From a virus (taxonomy: Duplodnaviria; Caudoviricetes): a stretch of DNA of 64,000 nt. The stretch is from IMG/VR virus record IMGVR_UViG_3300037507_002920, positions 1 through 64,000 of that record; one strand, given 5' to 3'. How positions within the stretch are numbered: the first letter of the stretch is position 1; each line of letters begins with the position of its first letter. Below, piece after piece: positions 1 to 10,935 of this stretch. The position numbers were made by a program, and so were the translations under genes. Below the pieces are notes generated by a model. The model made no database searches, was not told the origin of the DNA, and saw only the letters and a list, made by a program, of their open reading frames with translations.

Positions 1-564
1 GTTATCCTTTACGCCAATTAAAATGATTTTATTTTTTTCAGGCTCAAGACCTGTTGTCTCAATGTCAAAAACAAAACGATAAACACCTGAATAATCATCA
101 ATATCTTTAAAAAGTCTTTTTTTCTTTTGAATTAAAAACTGTTCAACTGGTGATAATATGGTAAATAGGTGTTTAAATTTTTCATTCCAAGGGTCAATAC
201 CCCCGTATCTAAAAAATGAAACTAAAGACGAGTAGTTTTTTAAACTTTTTACTAAAAAACATTGACCGTTTTCTAACCTTTCATTATTGTGTGTTTGTAG
301 TTTTTCAATCACAATACCAAACTCACCCATCTTTTTCTTTTGAAGGGATTTATTTCCGCCATAAAAATTATAAGAACTCAAATCACCTACCCAAAGAAAG
401 GGGGTTAAAGTATCTGATTTAATAATTTTACCCCTTTCAGGGTCTTGAATTATTTTAAATATTTTATTTGTTTGGTAATCATATTCAACACCAACAATGT
501 ACTGTTCTGAATCTGAACCATTTAAAAAGTTCTCGATTATCTCTTGTGAAATTATTTTTGACAT
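1..564 (-). CDS. DNA polymerase (probably family B), N-terminal part with 3'-5' exonuclease motif I; runs off the window
   Basis: Not in the ORF track. Manual translation from ATG at 564 gives MSKIISQEIIENFLNG...YRFVFDIETTGLEPEKNKIILIGVKDN, open to position 1; DIETTGL is a DEDD ExoI motif. Confidence 0.75.
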   Translation of the reverse strand, partial: MSKIISQEIIENFLNGSDSEQYIVGVEYDYQTNKIFKIIQDPERGKIIKSDTLTPFLWVGDLSSYNFYGGNKSLQKKKMGEFGIVIEKLQTHNNERLENGQCFLVKSLKNYSSLVSFFRYGGIDPWNEKFKHLFTILSPVEQFLIQKKKRLFKDIDDYSGVYRFVFDIETTGLEPEKNKIILIGVKDN

Positions 565-648
565 CTTTCATATTTTTAAGTTGACACATTAGCTTACAAT
601 TATATTGTAGTTTGTCTTACTTAAAGTATACAAAAGGAAATTCAAAAA

Positions 649-1017
649 TCAAAATATTGTGATATATAATTTTTCTTTAATGGGTAATATTAATTTTGTT
701 GTTGGGTCTAAATTTGTATCTAAAAACTGCACGGTAATTTTACCCTCATATTTACCAATCTTAGACGTTTGAGACTCTGTAAATTGATGAACAATGTAAT
801 ATTCATCGGTTGTTTGGTTATATTTTTTATCTCTTGTTGTAATTTGACACGTTGAATTTAGTATTTCAGGTTCTTCTGTTTTAACATCGTACATATCTAA
901 GGTAATTTCACAATTTTCTAACATATCATTAAAACCTGATTTATCGTTCTTTCCGTCATCAATAAGTCTCATTTTTAATATTGGTTGAGATGACCCTTGT
1001 CTTATAAAAAATTCCAT
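649..1017 (-). CDS. hypothetical virion protein, possible BppU-like Ig fold
   Basis: 122-aa ORF with a beta-rich pattern (YYIVHQFTESQTSKIGKYEGKITVQF), co-oriented with structural genes. Confidence 0.45.
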   Translation of the reverse strand: MEFFIRQGSSQPILKMRLIDDGKNDKSGFNDMLENCEITLDMYDVKTEEPEILNSTCQITTRDKKYNQTTDEYYIVHQFTESQTSKIGKYEGKITVQFLDTNLDPTTKLILPIKEKLYITIF

Positions 1018-1020
1018 ATA

Positions 1021-1662
1021 TTAATAAACTTTATTTAAAATAAAAATCTCAGAATATATTGAGTTTGCAACATCTGATGAACTCCATTGTGCTGTGATAT
1101 CCAAAGAATTATTTATAGTTGTGTCAAATGTTGAATTATTTAACTCACTAAAATCTTCACCTTCAAACGTATTTGATGCGTCTTTAGAATATGTAAAATT
1201 ACCTCCTGACATTATTGATGACGTTCCTGCTCCACCTATTGCTCTAATTGTAAAATAAATTTGTAAATGATAATGTTGATTTGTACATTGAGGCATTGTT
1301 ATTGCCCCCATTTGTCCTAAAATAACTGACCCAGATTTTACTTTTATCGTTAAAGTATCGTTATTTTTTGAAGATAAATGACCAATCATTGTACAATTAA
1401 ATGAATCACCGACAGAAAATCCGTTAGCCGGAACAGAAAGAGAACCAATACCTGTACCAACAATAGAAGACTCTGATGTTGTTCCACTAACAGTAGCGCT
1501 GTTACCTGTTTGAGAAAATAAACCATATACAACGGGATATGGATATAAATTACCTCTTTTAACTTTATACGTTGTACCACTTTGTGCAACCGCAAATTCC
1601 GCGTTTGTTGTTAAACCTGTACCCAATATTTCGGGTAATTGTGATATTGGTAAATTAGCCAT
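1021..1662 (-). CDS. putative tail/fibre-associated virion protein
   Basis: N-terminus MANLPISQLP is typical of phage fibre proteins; G/S/T-rich; TATTTAT motif just upstream. Confidence 0.5.
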   Translation of the reverse strand: MANLPISQLPEILGTGLTTNAEFAVAQSGTTYKVKRGNLYPYPVVYGLFSQTGNSATVSGTTSESSIVGTGIGSLSVPANGFSVGDSFNCTMIGHLSSKNNDTLTIKVKSGSVILGQMGAITMPQCTNQHYHLQIYFTIRAIGGAGTSSIMSGGNFTYSKDASNTFEGEDFSELNNSTFDTTINNSLDITAQWSSSDVANSIYSEIFILNKVY

Positions 1663-1690
1663 ATACTATAAATACTTTATTATTTAATTA

Positions 1691-2665
1691 TTAATAAGTC
1701 TGCGCGGTTTGATAAGTATTTCTTGTTGAAGTCGCACTAAATCCTGAGACTGTGTGTAATGTCGTCCAAGTTGTCCCGTTATTACTTCCAGCAATTGTCC
1801 ATGATTTTGGGTCTCTACTTTCTTCGTCATTAGCGGTGGCCCATCTGTATCCTGTGAACGATTTAGCGGAGGAAAATTGAAAAACGAAATTTGTAACATT
1901 ACCATTTGTAACAAAATTCAAATCTAGACCCTTTGTTGTTAAACTACCATCAACTAATTTTGATGGTTCTTCACCTGACGGATTTGAACCACTTGGGTTA
2001 GTAACAGTAACACCGGCCATACTTTGGTCAACACCACCTATTTGAAATACAAATTCAGACGCTTGAACACAATTCGCGTTAGGTGGTGTTGTTTTTGCTT
2101 CGGTTATTTGCCATCTATAATAAGTAAATGCCACTCTTGAAGGTGTTGGGGTTGGCGTTTTACTAGGTGTCACAGAACTAGTTGGTGTAACTGAAGGGGT
2201 TCGAGATGGTGTCACAGAACTAGTTGGTGTAACTGAAGGGGTTCGAGATGGTGTCACAGAACTAGTTGGTGTAACTGAAGGGGTTCGAGATGGTGTCACC
2301 GAAGGTGTAACAGAACTAGTTGGTGTTACAGAAGGTGTTAAGGATGGTGTAACAGACGGCGTAATTGATGTTGTTGGGGTTGGAGATGGTGCCGTTTCAA
2401 TTATTATTTTATAAAAATTTTCTTGAAAAATATAATCACCATTTTCTTGAAGTAAGAAATTTCCTGATTCATCCTCAACATAAAGGGTACATGTACTACC
2501 AAAAGCAGGAAAAAACAAAGTGTACGTTCCATAAAAATAAGGGGCTATATAGTCATATGGTAAAACTTGTGTACCCAAATTAATGGTCCCACCCGTGTCG
2601 GGATAATATGTTATTATTGCCGTTTGTCCATTATAATTTGTCGAAACTATTCTTAGTGTATCCAT
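1691..2665 (-). CDS. virion surface protein with Thr-Pro-Ser linker and C-terminal F5/8-type (discoidin-like) carbohydrate-binding domain
   Basis: TPS repeats; C-terminal [23 protein letters not shown] resembles the F5/8 type C motif. Confidence 0.6.
   Translation of the reverse strand: MDTLRIVSTNYNGQTAIITYYPDTGGTINLGTQVLPYDYIAPYFYGTYTLFFPAFGSTCTLYVEDESGNFLLQENGDYIFQENFYKIIIETAPSPTPTTSITPSVTPSLTPSVTPTSSVTPSVTPSRTPSVTPTSSVTPSRTPSVTPTSSVTPSRTPSVTPTSSVTPSKTPTPTPSRVAFTYYRWQITEAKTTPPNANCVQASEFVFQIGGVDQSMAGVTVTNPSGSNPSGEEPSKLVDGSLTTKGLDLNFVTNGNVTNFVFQFSSAKSFTGYRWATANDEESRDPKSWTIAGSNNGTTWTTLHTVSGFSATSTRNTYQTAQTY
2140..2385 (-). repeat. coding tandem repeat, 42-bp unit ([14 protein letters not shown]), about 3 near-exact copies plus degenerate flanks
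   Basis: ggtgtcacagaactagttggtgtaactgaaggggttcgagat recurs at 42-bp spacing. Confidence 0.9.
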
Positions 2666-2674
2666 AAAATTAAA

Positions 2675-4876
2675 TTAAGGTCCAGGAGGTTGTGGATATG
2701 GTAATGACATACAATACGGAGTATCGCATTGATTCACGGTAAGAGTGTCTTTTATCATTACAGGTGTTTGACCAAAAGCTTGGTCACAATAAAAATAACA
2801 ATAACCATCGCTATGAATAAATCCATCATTTGATGTTAAATTATAATTAGACGGTATTCCAACTATTAATTGGGGAACAACACCAGAGGTATTATATGGG
2901 TCAAGACAATTACAAAAATAATATGATACATATTGAGGAGAAGGTGTTGGTGTTGGTGTTATCGACGGTGTTGGTGTTATTGTTCGAGTTGGGGTTATTG
3001 ACGGTGTTACACTTGGTGTTATCGACGGTGTTGGTGTTAGTGACGAAGTTATACTTGGTGTTATCGATGGTGTTGGTGTTATTGTTCGAGTTGGGGTTAT
3101 TGACGGTGTTACACTTGGTGTTATCGATGGTGTTGGTGTTATTGTTCGAGTTGGGGTTATTGACGGTGTTACACTTGGTGTTATCGATGGTGTTGGTGTT
3201 AGTGATGAAGTTATACTTGGTGTTATAGATGGTGTTGATGTTATTGTTCTTGTTGGTGTTAGTGACGGTGTTATAGATGGTGATGGTGTTATTGTTCGAG
3301 TTGGTGTTAGTGACGGTGTTACACTTGGTGTTATAGATGGTGTTGGTGTTATTGTTCGAGTTGGTGTTATTGTTCGAGTTGGTGTTATTGTTCGAGTCGG
3401 TGTTTTTGATGGTGTCGGGGTCGGAGTTAATGAACAAGTTGGAGTATCATCAGGATTTGGACACCAAAACGAATAAGGACTAACAAAGTTATTTGTTAAA
3501 TTGTCAAAACAGCTTATTACAGGACAAGGACATGGATGATTATATGGTAAAGTATTTGAACCTACATCGAGACCACTTGTAGTGACATAACAACACGAAT
3601 CATCACCAGGATTCGAACATAAATAATAACTAGAAAATCCTTCTTGAGTTACATGTGCCCAAATTTCACTATTGTGTATCGTGATGTCTTTTATATCTAC
3701 CCTAATCACGTACCAAGTATTAAATGATGGATTGTTAACCACATAAGTACCAAAAGAGCAATCACCTTTAACACCCGTACCTACAGTTATTTTAAAATTT
3801 GGGATAGGAAAATGTGGGTTACCTGATATTGTTTTTATCGCTAACATATATGAATATGATTTAGTGTAAAAACTATCTGTTACTGACCTATACATACTTC
3901 CCTGACCAGAAGAAAAGGTATTTGGTCTATAATTAAAAACCTCTCGAATATTACCATTTGGATAACCACAAACATCAACTAAATTGGATAACCAACCTTG
4001 AATATATTGATAAAATCCCGTCGTGTTGCCATCTATACTTTCTCTTATTGTTATCGGTATCGGATTTCCTGGTGTGTTAGCAAAAGGAATACCAACTGGA
4101 CCGTTACATATACAAGGTAATTGACTAGGTGTTGGTGTAGGTGTTGGTGTTTTTGATGGTGTTATAGTTTTTGATGGTGTGGGTGATGGAACGCTTGGAT
4201 TGTCTATTGGATTTATCGGTAAACCACCAATATCTGGTGGTTCTTCACCGAATCTAATGATATCTTTTGTTATATATTGTTTTGTCGAATCTTGAAAAGT
4301 TACATTTGTTGTTAATACATATACACCACTTAATTTACTGTAATCTGCCCACGCTTCTGAAGAGGCAAATTTGGCAAAAGATTCCGTTTCTCCTTTGTTA
4401 ATTTGCATAAATCCTTTTATAAAAAAGGAATCACCTCCCCCAATAACCAAAAGTTCATGAACAAAACTTATTTGTATATCATAACTTTCAGGGGAATTAA
4501 TTGATGTTCTATAAACTATATTTATTGAACCATCATTTATCCAACCATCAAAGTCTAAATCTTCTTGTGATGGTATTGTTTGAGTCGGAGTAATGGATGG
4601 TGTTATAGATGGTGTTCTTGTAATTGACGGTGTAATTGATGGTGTCCTTGTTAATGTTGGAGTAATGGATGGTGACGGAAATAATGCGTTTAACTCATAT
4701 GTTTTATTATATAATTCAAAATACAGTTCATATGTACCGTATGGATATTCTGAATTATATTCAAACGGCAATGTTTTTTCACCTAAATTAATGGTACCCC
4801 CTGTGTATGGTAAAAAAGTCACATTGGCAGTTTCACCACTTAAATTATTACTTGATATTCTTATTCCTGAAGGCAT
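2675..4876 (-). CDS. large virion surface protein with mucin-like Thr/Pro/Ser tracts and Cys-rich domains
   Basis: 733-aa ORF; N-terminal domain paralogous to that of 1691..2665; long TP-repeat tract. Confidence 0.6.
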   Translation of the reverse strand: MPSGIRISSNNLSGETANVTFLPYTGGTINLGEKTLPFEYNSEYPYGTYELYFELYNKTYELNALFPSPSITPTLTRTPSITPSITRTPSITPSITPTQTIPSQEDLDFDGWINDGSINIVYRTSINSPESYDIQISFVHELLVIGGGDSFFIKGFMQINKGETESFAKFASSEAWADYSKLSGVYVLTTNVTFQDSTKQYITKDIIRFGEEPPDIGGLPINPIDNPSVPSPTPSKTITPSKTPTPTPTPSQLPCICNGPVGIPFANTPGNPIPITIRESIDGNTTGFYQYIQGWLSNLVDVCGYPNGNIREVFNYRPNTFSSGQGSMYRSVTDSFYTKSYSYMLAIKTISGNPHFPIPNFKITVGTGVKGDCSFGTYVVNNPSFNTWYVIRVDIKDITIHNSEIWAHVTQEGFSSYYLCSNPGDDSCCYVTTSGLDVGSNTLPYNHPCPCPVISCFDNLTNNFVSPYSFWCPNPDDTPTCSLTPTPTPSKTPTRTITPTRTITPTRTITPTPSITPSVTPSLTPTRTITPSPSITPSLTPTRTITSTPSITPSITSSLTPTPSITPSVTPSITPTRTITPTPSITPSVTPSITPTRTITPTPSITPSITSSLTPTPSITPSVTPSITPTRTITPTPSITPTPTPSPQYVSYYFCNCLDPYNTSGVVPQLIVGIPSNYNLTSNDGFIHSDGYCYFYCDQAFGQTPVMIKDTLTVNQCDTPYCMSLPYPQPPGP
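2940..3430 (-). repeat. coding tandem repeat, about 60-bp unit ([20 protein letters not shown] and variants)
   Basis: consecutive 60-nt lines from 3061 to 3240 are near-identical. Confidence 0.9.
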
Positions 4877-4891
4877 TTCTTAATATTTTAA

Positions 4892-6289
4892 TTATATATA
4901 TTCATATTGTATGTCATTTTCCGGTCCAACTATAATTATAGTTGCATTGTCACTGCAATTTTCATTACATTCTACGATGTTATAATTTGGTTTGGTATCA
5001 ACTAAATAATGATGATTAACTCTAACATAGTTTAATGGTTCTTCGTAATATTGAATTCTTTTAAAAATAAAACAAGAAACCCCTAAATTGTGTAGGTTTC
5101 CTGAATATTCAGTACCACTACCCCAAGACTGAATCATAGGTTGGTAACCCCTTGTTGATGGTATCACCTCTTCCCAATCGGTTAATTTATATATTTTTTT
5201 ACCATTTAAATAAATTTTTAAAGTACCTAATCTTCTGTCTTTTTCTTCTGACCATTTTTTATTTAAAATTTCAACATCTTCATAAGATGGTGTCGCACCA
5301 GTCAACCAACTTGATATTGATGTCGTTAGTGTTCTTCCGGTTATCAAATCATTCCAACCACCATCGTTTTCTAAATTACAATCGGTAAAATATTTATTTC
5401 TTTCAAAAGTTATTGTAATATTAAAATCTTCTGAAGTCCCACTCGTACATAGTATTGGAGTTTGACCTGACGATGTATAATACGATTCAGTGTATCCGCT
5501 TTCATTTACACATAAACCTGAATATCTTAAGGCCCTCCATTGAATTCTACCGTCATTTGTAAATGAAAAAGAAAGATTATTGTCAGCATATTCGGTATTT
5601 GTGTTTTCACCTCTTACACCTAGATAGTATATTGTCTTACCACTCGACCATGGATTATCATCTCTATTAAGAACCAAATCAATGGTCCAACCTTTTTCCG
5701 TTCTTCTTTTTACTTTGTAAGAACAATTATCATTACCGTCACCATGATTAATTTGATACGCCCACGGTTTTGCATTTAACTGAGAATCCTGCGGACAACA
5801 ATTATTTGTGTCTATTAATTTTTGAATACAAGCGTATGAATAACCAGTAACTCCTGTTTTAAAATCACTAACATTTAATGAAAATGGATTGGATATGTTA
5901 TAGTTATACCCGCTTATTATTAAATAATGTACATTATCGTTAAGATTTAATTCATAAACATCATTATTTAATATAATATCAGAATTGATAAAAGTGTTTG
6001 TGAAATCAGAATAGGATAACGTCCATGTAATTGCGGAATATGTGTAACCAGTATCATTTACAGTATTATTATATTCAACCAAACTAATTGTATTTCTTAC
6101 ACAATCTGAATTGGTTAAACCTGTTGTATTTATAGTTAAAGATGTGTAGGGTATTGAATTTTCTAAATCTAAAACTAGTTCATCATAATCAACTTCAGTT
6201 TTTGCAATTTCATAGTCATAATATTCTGACGAATCAAGTTGTAAATCTAATTTGGTTCCCCAATATTTAAGTATGTTTTGTGTATTCAT
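4892..6289 (-). CDS. putative virion structural protein (possible LamG/ConA-like domain)
   Basis: 465-aa ORF with GTLKIYLNGK and FKRIQYYEEPL segments; TATTTAT motif upstream. Confidence 0.45.
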   Translation of the reverse strand: MNTQNILKYWGTKLDLQLDSSEYYDYEIAKTEVDYDELVLDLENSIPYTSLTINTTGLTNSDCVRNTISLVEYNNTVNDTGYTYSAITWTLSYSDFTNTFINSDIILNNDVYELNLNDNVHYLIISGYNYNISNPFSLNVSDFKTGVTGYSYACIQKLIDTNNCCPQDSQLNAKPWAYQINHGDGNDNCSYKVKRRTEKGWTIDLVLNRDDNPWSSGKTIYYLGVRGENTNTEYADNNLSFSFTNDGRIQWRALRYSGLCVNESGYTESYYTSSGQTPILCTSGTSEDFNITITFERNKYFTDCNLENDGGWNDLITGRTLTTSISSWLTGATPSYEDVEILNKKWSEEKDRRLGTLKIYLNGKKIYKLTDWEEVIPSTRGYQPMIQSWGSGTEYSGNLHNLGVSCFIFKRIQYYEEPLNYVRVNHHYLVDTKPNYNIVECNENCSDNATIIIVGPENDIQYEYI

Positions 6290-6295
6290 TATATT

Positions 6296-6326
6296 ATAAA
6301 TATCTTTCCTTTCTTTTGATATTTAT
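6296..6326. promoter_or_regulatory. divergent pair of TATTTAT motifs (putative late promoters)
   Basis: ATAAATA at 6296-6302 lies ahead of the minus-strand ATG 6289; TATTTAT at 6320-6326 lies ahead of the plus-strand ATG 6345. Confidence 0.6.
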
Positions 6327-6344
6327 TATTAAAGTAATAATCAT

Positions 6345-7094
6345 ATGGATAATTATATAAAATCGATAATTGAAGAGAAATTTGCATCAAAAAAACAACA
6401 AAGATACTTTTATGCAAAGGCTTCGGACAAATCGATACCTAAAAAAGAAAGGAAAAAATGGTCAAAATGGGCCAAGGAGTTTTCCGATGACACCGATTTT
6501 AAAAATTTACCAGATAAGGTCGAAAAGGATGTTGACGAAATTGTTGATTCAAAAGGAAATTTTGGAGTTAATAAAATACCCGATACTAAAGATAGTAAAG
6601 GAACATCAAAAAAAACAACCGACCAAATAGTAAAAACGAGTGCGGGGTCTATGGGAACACACGGCGTTCATGGTACCCACACTTCTTTGAGATATTGGGC
6701 GGAGGCGGATTTAAGTAAGGCGTTAGGTTATGAAAAAACTTTAGGTCAAGATGCTGATATTGAAAAAGCAGAAGATTATTTCCAAGACGATTTAGGTTTA
6801 GACGATAAAGAAACAGAGGAAAGATTATCATCATATGGATATGATGAAGATTTAGAAGGAGATAAAGTCAGGTTAATTGAAAACCCTAAAAAGTACATAC
6901 AAGATTATGTTGAGAGTGTTTTATCAAAAAAGACACAAAACAGTGATTTAGTTAAAAAAGACCAAACAGAAGATGTTGATTCAGAATTAAGTCCAATTGT
7001 TAAAAAACAAATTTCCGCACTTAAAAAAACGTTAATTAAAAACAATCTTTCAGTAAAAGATGTCCTTAAATTATTAAATAAAGACGATGAATAA
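6345..7094 (+). CDS. hypothetical protein (probable head-associated)
   Basis: 249-aa ORF; IIEE near the N-terminus. Confidence 0.6.
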   Translation: MDNYIKSIIEEKFASKKQQRYFYAKASDKSIPKKERKKWSKWAKEFSDDTDFKNLPDKVEKDVDEIVDSKGNFGVNKIPDTKDSKGTSKKTTDQIVKTSAGSMGTHGVHGTHTSLRYWAEADLSKALGYEKTLGQDADIEKAEDYFQDDLGLDDKETEERLSSYGYDEDLEGDKVRLIENPKKYIQDYVESVLSKKTQNSDLVKKDQTEDVDSELSPIVKKQISALKKTLIKNNLSVKDVLKLLNKDDE

Positions 7095-7584
7095 AGATTT
7101 AAAAGGTAGGATATTTGATGTACCCCAAAACATTTTAGACAAAATAAATCACACGGTTACTGGTTTAAATGGAAAAAATGTAAGGGGAATTCAACGTGCA
7201 AAAAAACTTTTGGCAGAGAAAAAAGTAAAATATGGACAATTAAAAAGAATCATACATGATATTCAAAATATCGATAAAATAAAAGATAGATTAAAATATG
7301 ATTTGTGTGGTGGAGATTTAATGGAAAAATGGGCAATTCAATTTTTAAAAGGTGAACGAGATTTAATTTCAGGTAGAAAAAATTCAAAAATGAAATCTGA
7401 TAATATGATTGGAATGGACAATGAAAGAAAAAATTCACATTTAAAAAAACATAAAAAAAGATTTGGTTTTAAAATACCAACAAATTTAATAAAAAGTAAT
7501 TCAAACAAAACAAGTGTATCCCCGATATCTTCATTAAAATTATTTGAAGAGGTTGATAAAATAAAAAAATTAATAACTTACTAA
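7087..7584 (+). CDS. hypothetical basic protein
   Basis: 165-aa ORF overlapping the previous stop; C-terminal LFEEVDKIKKLI. Confidence 0.6.
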   Translation: MNKDLKGRIFDVPQNILDKINHTVTGLNGKNVRGIQRAKKLLAEKKVKYGQLKRIIHDIQNIDKIKDRLKYDLCGGDLMEKWAIQFLKGERDLISGRKNSKMKSDNMIGMDNERKNSHLKKHKKRFGFKIPTNLIKSNSNKTSVSPISSLKLFEEVDKIKKLITY

Positions 7585-7585
7585 T

Positions 7586-7963
7586 ATGGCAACACAATTA
7601 GAAACAATTGGAGAAAGAGAAAGAAAAACTCTAATGGCAAGAAATGAATATAATTATGGTGATTTATATGATTCATCGAATACGGGTGCATTATCTGATG
7701 GTGATGATAGAGGTAGAGGAGAAAATAATGGTAGTGTAGGAACGAAAACAGATATTTCTGAAAGAAAAACATTACAAGCCCGAAATCTATATGGACCAAC
7801 TAATGAATATTCTTCCGTAAATAAAAACGCGATATCTGACGGTGATGATAAAGGAAGGGGAGAAAATGGTGGAAATGTTGGAACAAAAACCGATATTGGA
7901 GAAAGAATCGGATTACAAGCAAAAAATAAATATGGAAATAATAAACCATATCCCGATTTTTAA
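7586..7963 (+). CDS. hypothetical protein with internal duplication
   Basis: two copies of A.SDGDD.GRGEN.G.VGTKTDI.ER..LQA.N.YG. Confidence 0.65.
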   Translation: MATQLETIGERERKTLMARNEYNYGDLYDSSNTGALSDGDDRGRGENNGSVGTKTDISERKTLQARNLYGPTNEYSSVNKNAISDGDDKGRGENGGNVGTKTDIGERIGLQAKNKYGNNKPYPDF

Positions 7964-8805
7964 TGAATAATAATTTACAACTCACATCTATTTTAGAAGC
8001 AAATCCTAAGACAAGTATTAGGGCAAGATTAGAATATGCAATAAAAAATAGATTACCAGTTTCTTTTTATTATAAAGGACCACCTAAAGACGTTTTATCA
8101 GGTAGAAGAGTTAAAGTTGAATTAGTGGCATCTGGATTAACAAAAAAAGGAAATTTAGCGGTTAGAGGATGGGTACAACCTCCATCCACATCTAAAAAAG
8201 GTTTTCAAAAACATGGATGGAGAACATTTTTAGTTGAAAGAATTTCTACGGGTTCTTTAATTATGTATGAAGACGAACAGTTTTCAACAAAAAGACCCAA
8301 CTACAAAGAAGGTGATGATAGTAGTTTTTCAGTTACATACGTTACCAGTGATTGGGGAGTAACTAAAGAACCAAAAATAGAAAAACCGTCAACTGAACCG
8401 ACATTAAAACCGACACAACAAAAAGACGAACTACCTCAACCAAAACCAAAAGAAAAACCAACAGCAGTACCGACTCAAGATTTAAAAAGAGAAAATGAGA
8501 TTTTTAATGATTTAGAAAAAAAAGTAAAAATCATTAATAATGAAAAAATATTAAGTCCCGATGATTTTAAACTAGGGATAGATAATTTATATAAAAAACG
8601 AATTGACGACTGGAAAAAAACACAAATTACTTTAGGTTTAAATACAACACCAGGGGAAGGAACAAGAAGAAAATTTGAAAAAGATTCAGAATATGATTTA
8701 TCTCAAATGTTGAAAAAAAATAATATTCAAATAAAAGGGGATAATATAAATCAACAACCCTTACAAGAAGAGATTTTAAGAATTAAGACTTTAATCTTTT
8801 TTTAA
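7963..8805 (+). CDS. WYL-like domain protein
   Basis: AIKNRLPVSFYY...RRVKVE...AVRGW...GWRTFLVERIS follows the WYL domain pattern; Pro/Lys linker follows. Confidence 0.6.
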   Translation: MNNNLQLTSILEANPKTSIRARLEYAIKNRLPVSFYYKGPPKDVLSGRRVKVELVASGLTKKGNLAVRGWVQPPSTSKKGFQKHGWRTFLVERISTGSLIMYEDEQFSTKRPNYKEGDDSSFSVTYVTSDWGVTKEPKIEKPSTEPTLKPTQQKDELPQPKPKEKPTAVPTQDLKRENEIFNDLEKKVKIINNEKILSPDDFKLGIDNLYKKRIDDWKKTQITLGLNTTPGEGTRRKFEKDSEYDLSQMLKKNNIQIKGDNINQQPLQEEILRIKTLIFF

Positions 8806-8823
8806 AATAATTATATTATAGTT

Positions 8824-9399
8824 ATGGAACAAAAAGGAAGTGGTACAATAAGTACAAACGATTTAATGATGAAATTGGTGCAAGCCAAAAAAGTAATGCA
8901 AAAAGTAGAAACAGGACAATTTGAAAGAGGTTCAGTAAATGAAGATGTTTTAAAAAGTGACCCTGAAGAGTTAATGAAAAATTTTTCAAGTCAACAAATT
9001 CAACAACCAATTGTTCCAAATCTTCAAAAAATTCAAGAATCAAAATTACCAGATGCAATTAAAAGGGCTATGATTGAAAATCCAATACCTCAAATTAGTT
9101 TATCGGATTCATTAGATTTAAATTTTGTTGAAAAGACAAAAAAATTAATGGAATCTCAAGGTGTACAAACAAAGACAAATAAGACGCAGTCTACTCAAGT
9201 AAATAATTCAGACCTAATCAAACAATTGAGTCCCCTTATCGAAAATGTTGTTAGAAAAACTGTAACTGAAATTTTAGATTCAAAACTAAATCAAATACTT
9301 ACCGCCCAACAAACACTATCAATTAATGAAAATTTGGTACTAAAAGTTGGGGATTCTATTTTTAAAGGAAAAATTACTGGCGTAAATAAATCAAAGTGA
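8824..9399 (+). CDS. hypothetical protein
   Basis: 191-aa ORF in the co-oriented cluster. Confidence 0.6.
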   Translation: MEQKGSGTISTNDLMMKLVQAKKVMQKVETGQFERGSVNEDVLKSDPEELMKNFSSQQIQQPIVPNLQKIQESKLPDAIKRAMIENPIPQISLSDSLDLNFVEKTKKLMESQGVQTKTNKTQSTQVNNSDLIKQLSPLIENVVRKTVTEILDSKLNQILTAQQTLSINENLVLKVGDSIFKGKITGVNKSK

Positions 9400-9448
9400 T
9401 TTGTTTTTTGATTTTTTTTTCTTATATTTCTCATATAGAGTAATATTA

Positions 9449-10669
9449 ATGAAAAAAATAAAAATATTAGCAATCGCACCCGACATACATGGTGTTGGTA
9501 AATATAGAATACTTGACCCTTTTAAATATATTGGTGATAATTATTCCAATGAATTTCATATAGACATATCTTTTAACGTTACAGAAGGTGATGAATTTTT
9601 TAAAAACTATGATATTGTAGTTTTTCATAGTTTTATTCACCAAAAAACTCACGAAGAAAACATAGAAAGAATTAATTTTTTGAAATCACAAGGAATTAAA
9701 GTTGTAATGGATATTGACGATTTTTGGTCACCCGACCATAGACATCCAATGTACTTAGCAATTAAAGAAAGTCAATTACCGAAAAAAAAATTGGAGTTGA
9801 TGAAACTATCGAATTATGTAACATGTACAACTGAATTTTTCGCTAATAATATAAAAAATAGAACGGGTAACAAGAATGTGGTTGTGTTTCCTAACGCCAT
9901 AGATTCTAATGAATCTCAATTTCAACCAAAACCAACAAATTCTAATAAAATTAGGTTTGGTTGGTTAGGGGGTTCAAGTCACTTACACGACTTAGAGTTA
10001 TTAGGTGATGGAATATCAGTAATAACAACTAATTATGATAACGTACAGTTTGTTTTATGTGGTTTTGATTTGAGAGGAAATGTTACAGAATTTAATTCTA
10101 AAACAGGAGAAAAAAGAACAAGACCAATTAAACCAGAGGAAACGGTGTGGTTTAAATATGAAAAAATATTCACAAATAATTATAAAAGTGTTGATGGTGA
10201 ATATAAATCATATTTAATGAATTTTACCGAATCACCTGAAATTGATACGTCAAATATGAAATATAGAAGAGTTTGGACTCAACCAATTAATAATTATGGT
10301 AATAACTATAATTTATTTGATGTATCTTTGGCTCCTGTATTAGAAACAGAATTTAACGCAAACAAATCACAATTAAAAGTAATAGAATCTGGTTTTCACA
10401 AAAAACCAATTATTGCGAGTGAAACCGAACCATATACTTTTGACTTAAAAAATGCGTATAAAGATGGAAATTTTCTTAAAGAAGGTAACGCATTAACTGT
10501 ACCTCAAAAGAAAAGTCATAAATTGTGGGCAAAGTATATGAAATTACTAATCGAAAATCCAAATATGATAGAAGATTTGGGTAATAGATTATATGAAACA
10601 GTTAAAGACAAATATTCATTACAAAAAGTATGTAAGGATAGAATCGAATTTTTCAAATCAATTATTTAA
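9449..10669 (+). CDS. glycosyltransferase (GT-B fold, GT4-like)
   Basis: MDIDD, FGWLGGSSH and DVSLAPV...NANKSQLKVIESG..KKPIIAS motifs; start moved to ATG 9449. Confidence 0.8.
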   Translation: MKKIKILAIAPDIHGVGKYRILDPFKYIGDNYSNEFHIDISFNVTEGDEFFKNYDIVVFHSFIHQKTHEENIERINFLKSQGIKVVMDIDDFWSPDHRHPMYLAIKESQLPKKKLELMKLSNYVTCTTEFFANNIKNRTGNKNVVVFPNAIDSNESQFQPKPTNSNKIRFGWLGGSSHLHDLELLGDGISVITTNYDNVQFVLCGFDLRGNVTEFNSKTGEKRTRPIKPEETVWFKYEKIFTNNYKSVDGEYKSYLMNFTESPEIDTSNMKYRRVWTQPINNYGNNYNLFDVSLAPVLETEFNANKSQLKVIESGFHKKPIIASETEPYTFDLKNAYKDGNFLKEGNALTVPQKKSHKLWAKYMKLLIENPNMIEDLGNRLYETVKDKYSLQKVCKDRIEFFKSII

Positions 10670-10696
10670 ACTTAAAAAAAACAAAAAAACAAAAAA

Positions 10697-10930
10697 ATGC
10701 ATTATTTAGTTACAGTCGGTTACGAAACCGAAAATTTAGACAGAAATGGTAATCCAAGATTACAAAAATTAAAGTACATTGTTGAAGCGGATTCTGTTGA
10801 AGAAGCGACACTTGTTGTTTCAAAATACAGGTCTGGTGACATGAGAGCGTCAGAAAGTTTGGCAATTGTAAAAATGCCAATTGAATGTATTATCGACCAA
10901 AAAAACACACCCGAATATTATAAAAAATAA
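10697..10930 (+). CDS. small protein resembling Bacteroidota DUF4494
   Basis: V.YE.....G....KLKYIVEADSVEEA pattern. Confidence 0.45.
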   Translation: MHYLVTVGYETENLDRNGNPRLQKLKYIVEADSVEEATLVVSKYRSGDMRASESLAIVKMPIECIIDQKNTPEYYKK

Positions 10931-10935
10931 AAAAA

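Noticed and set aside
216-422. 68-aa plus-strand ORF
   Set aside because: Antisense to the polymerase-like frame 564..1
2140-3430. Tandem repeats as a CRISPR array
   Set aside because: No unique spacers; unit lengths are multiples of 3 and encode in-frame Thr/Pro/Ser tracts
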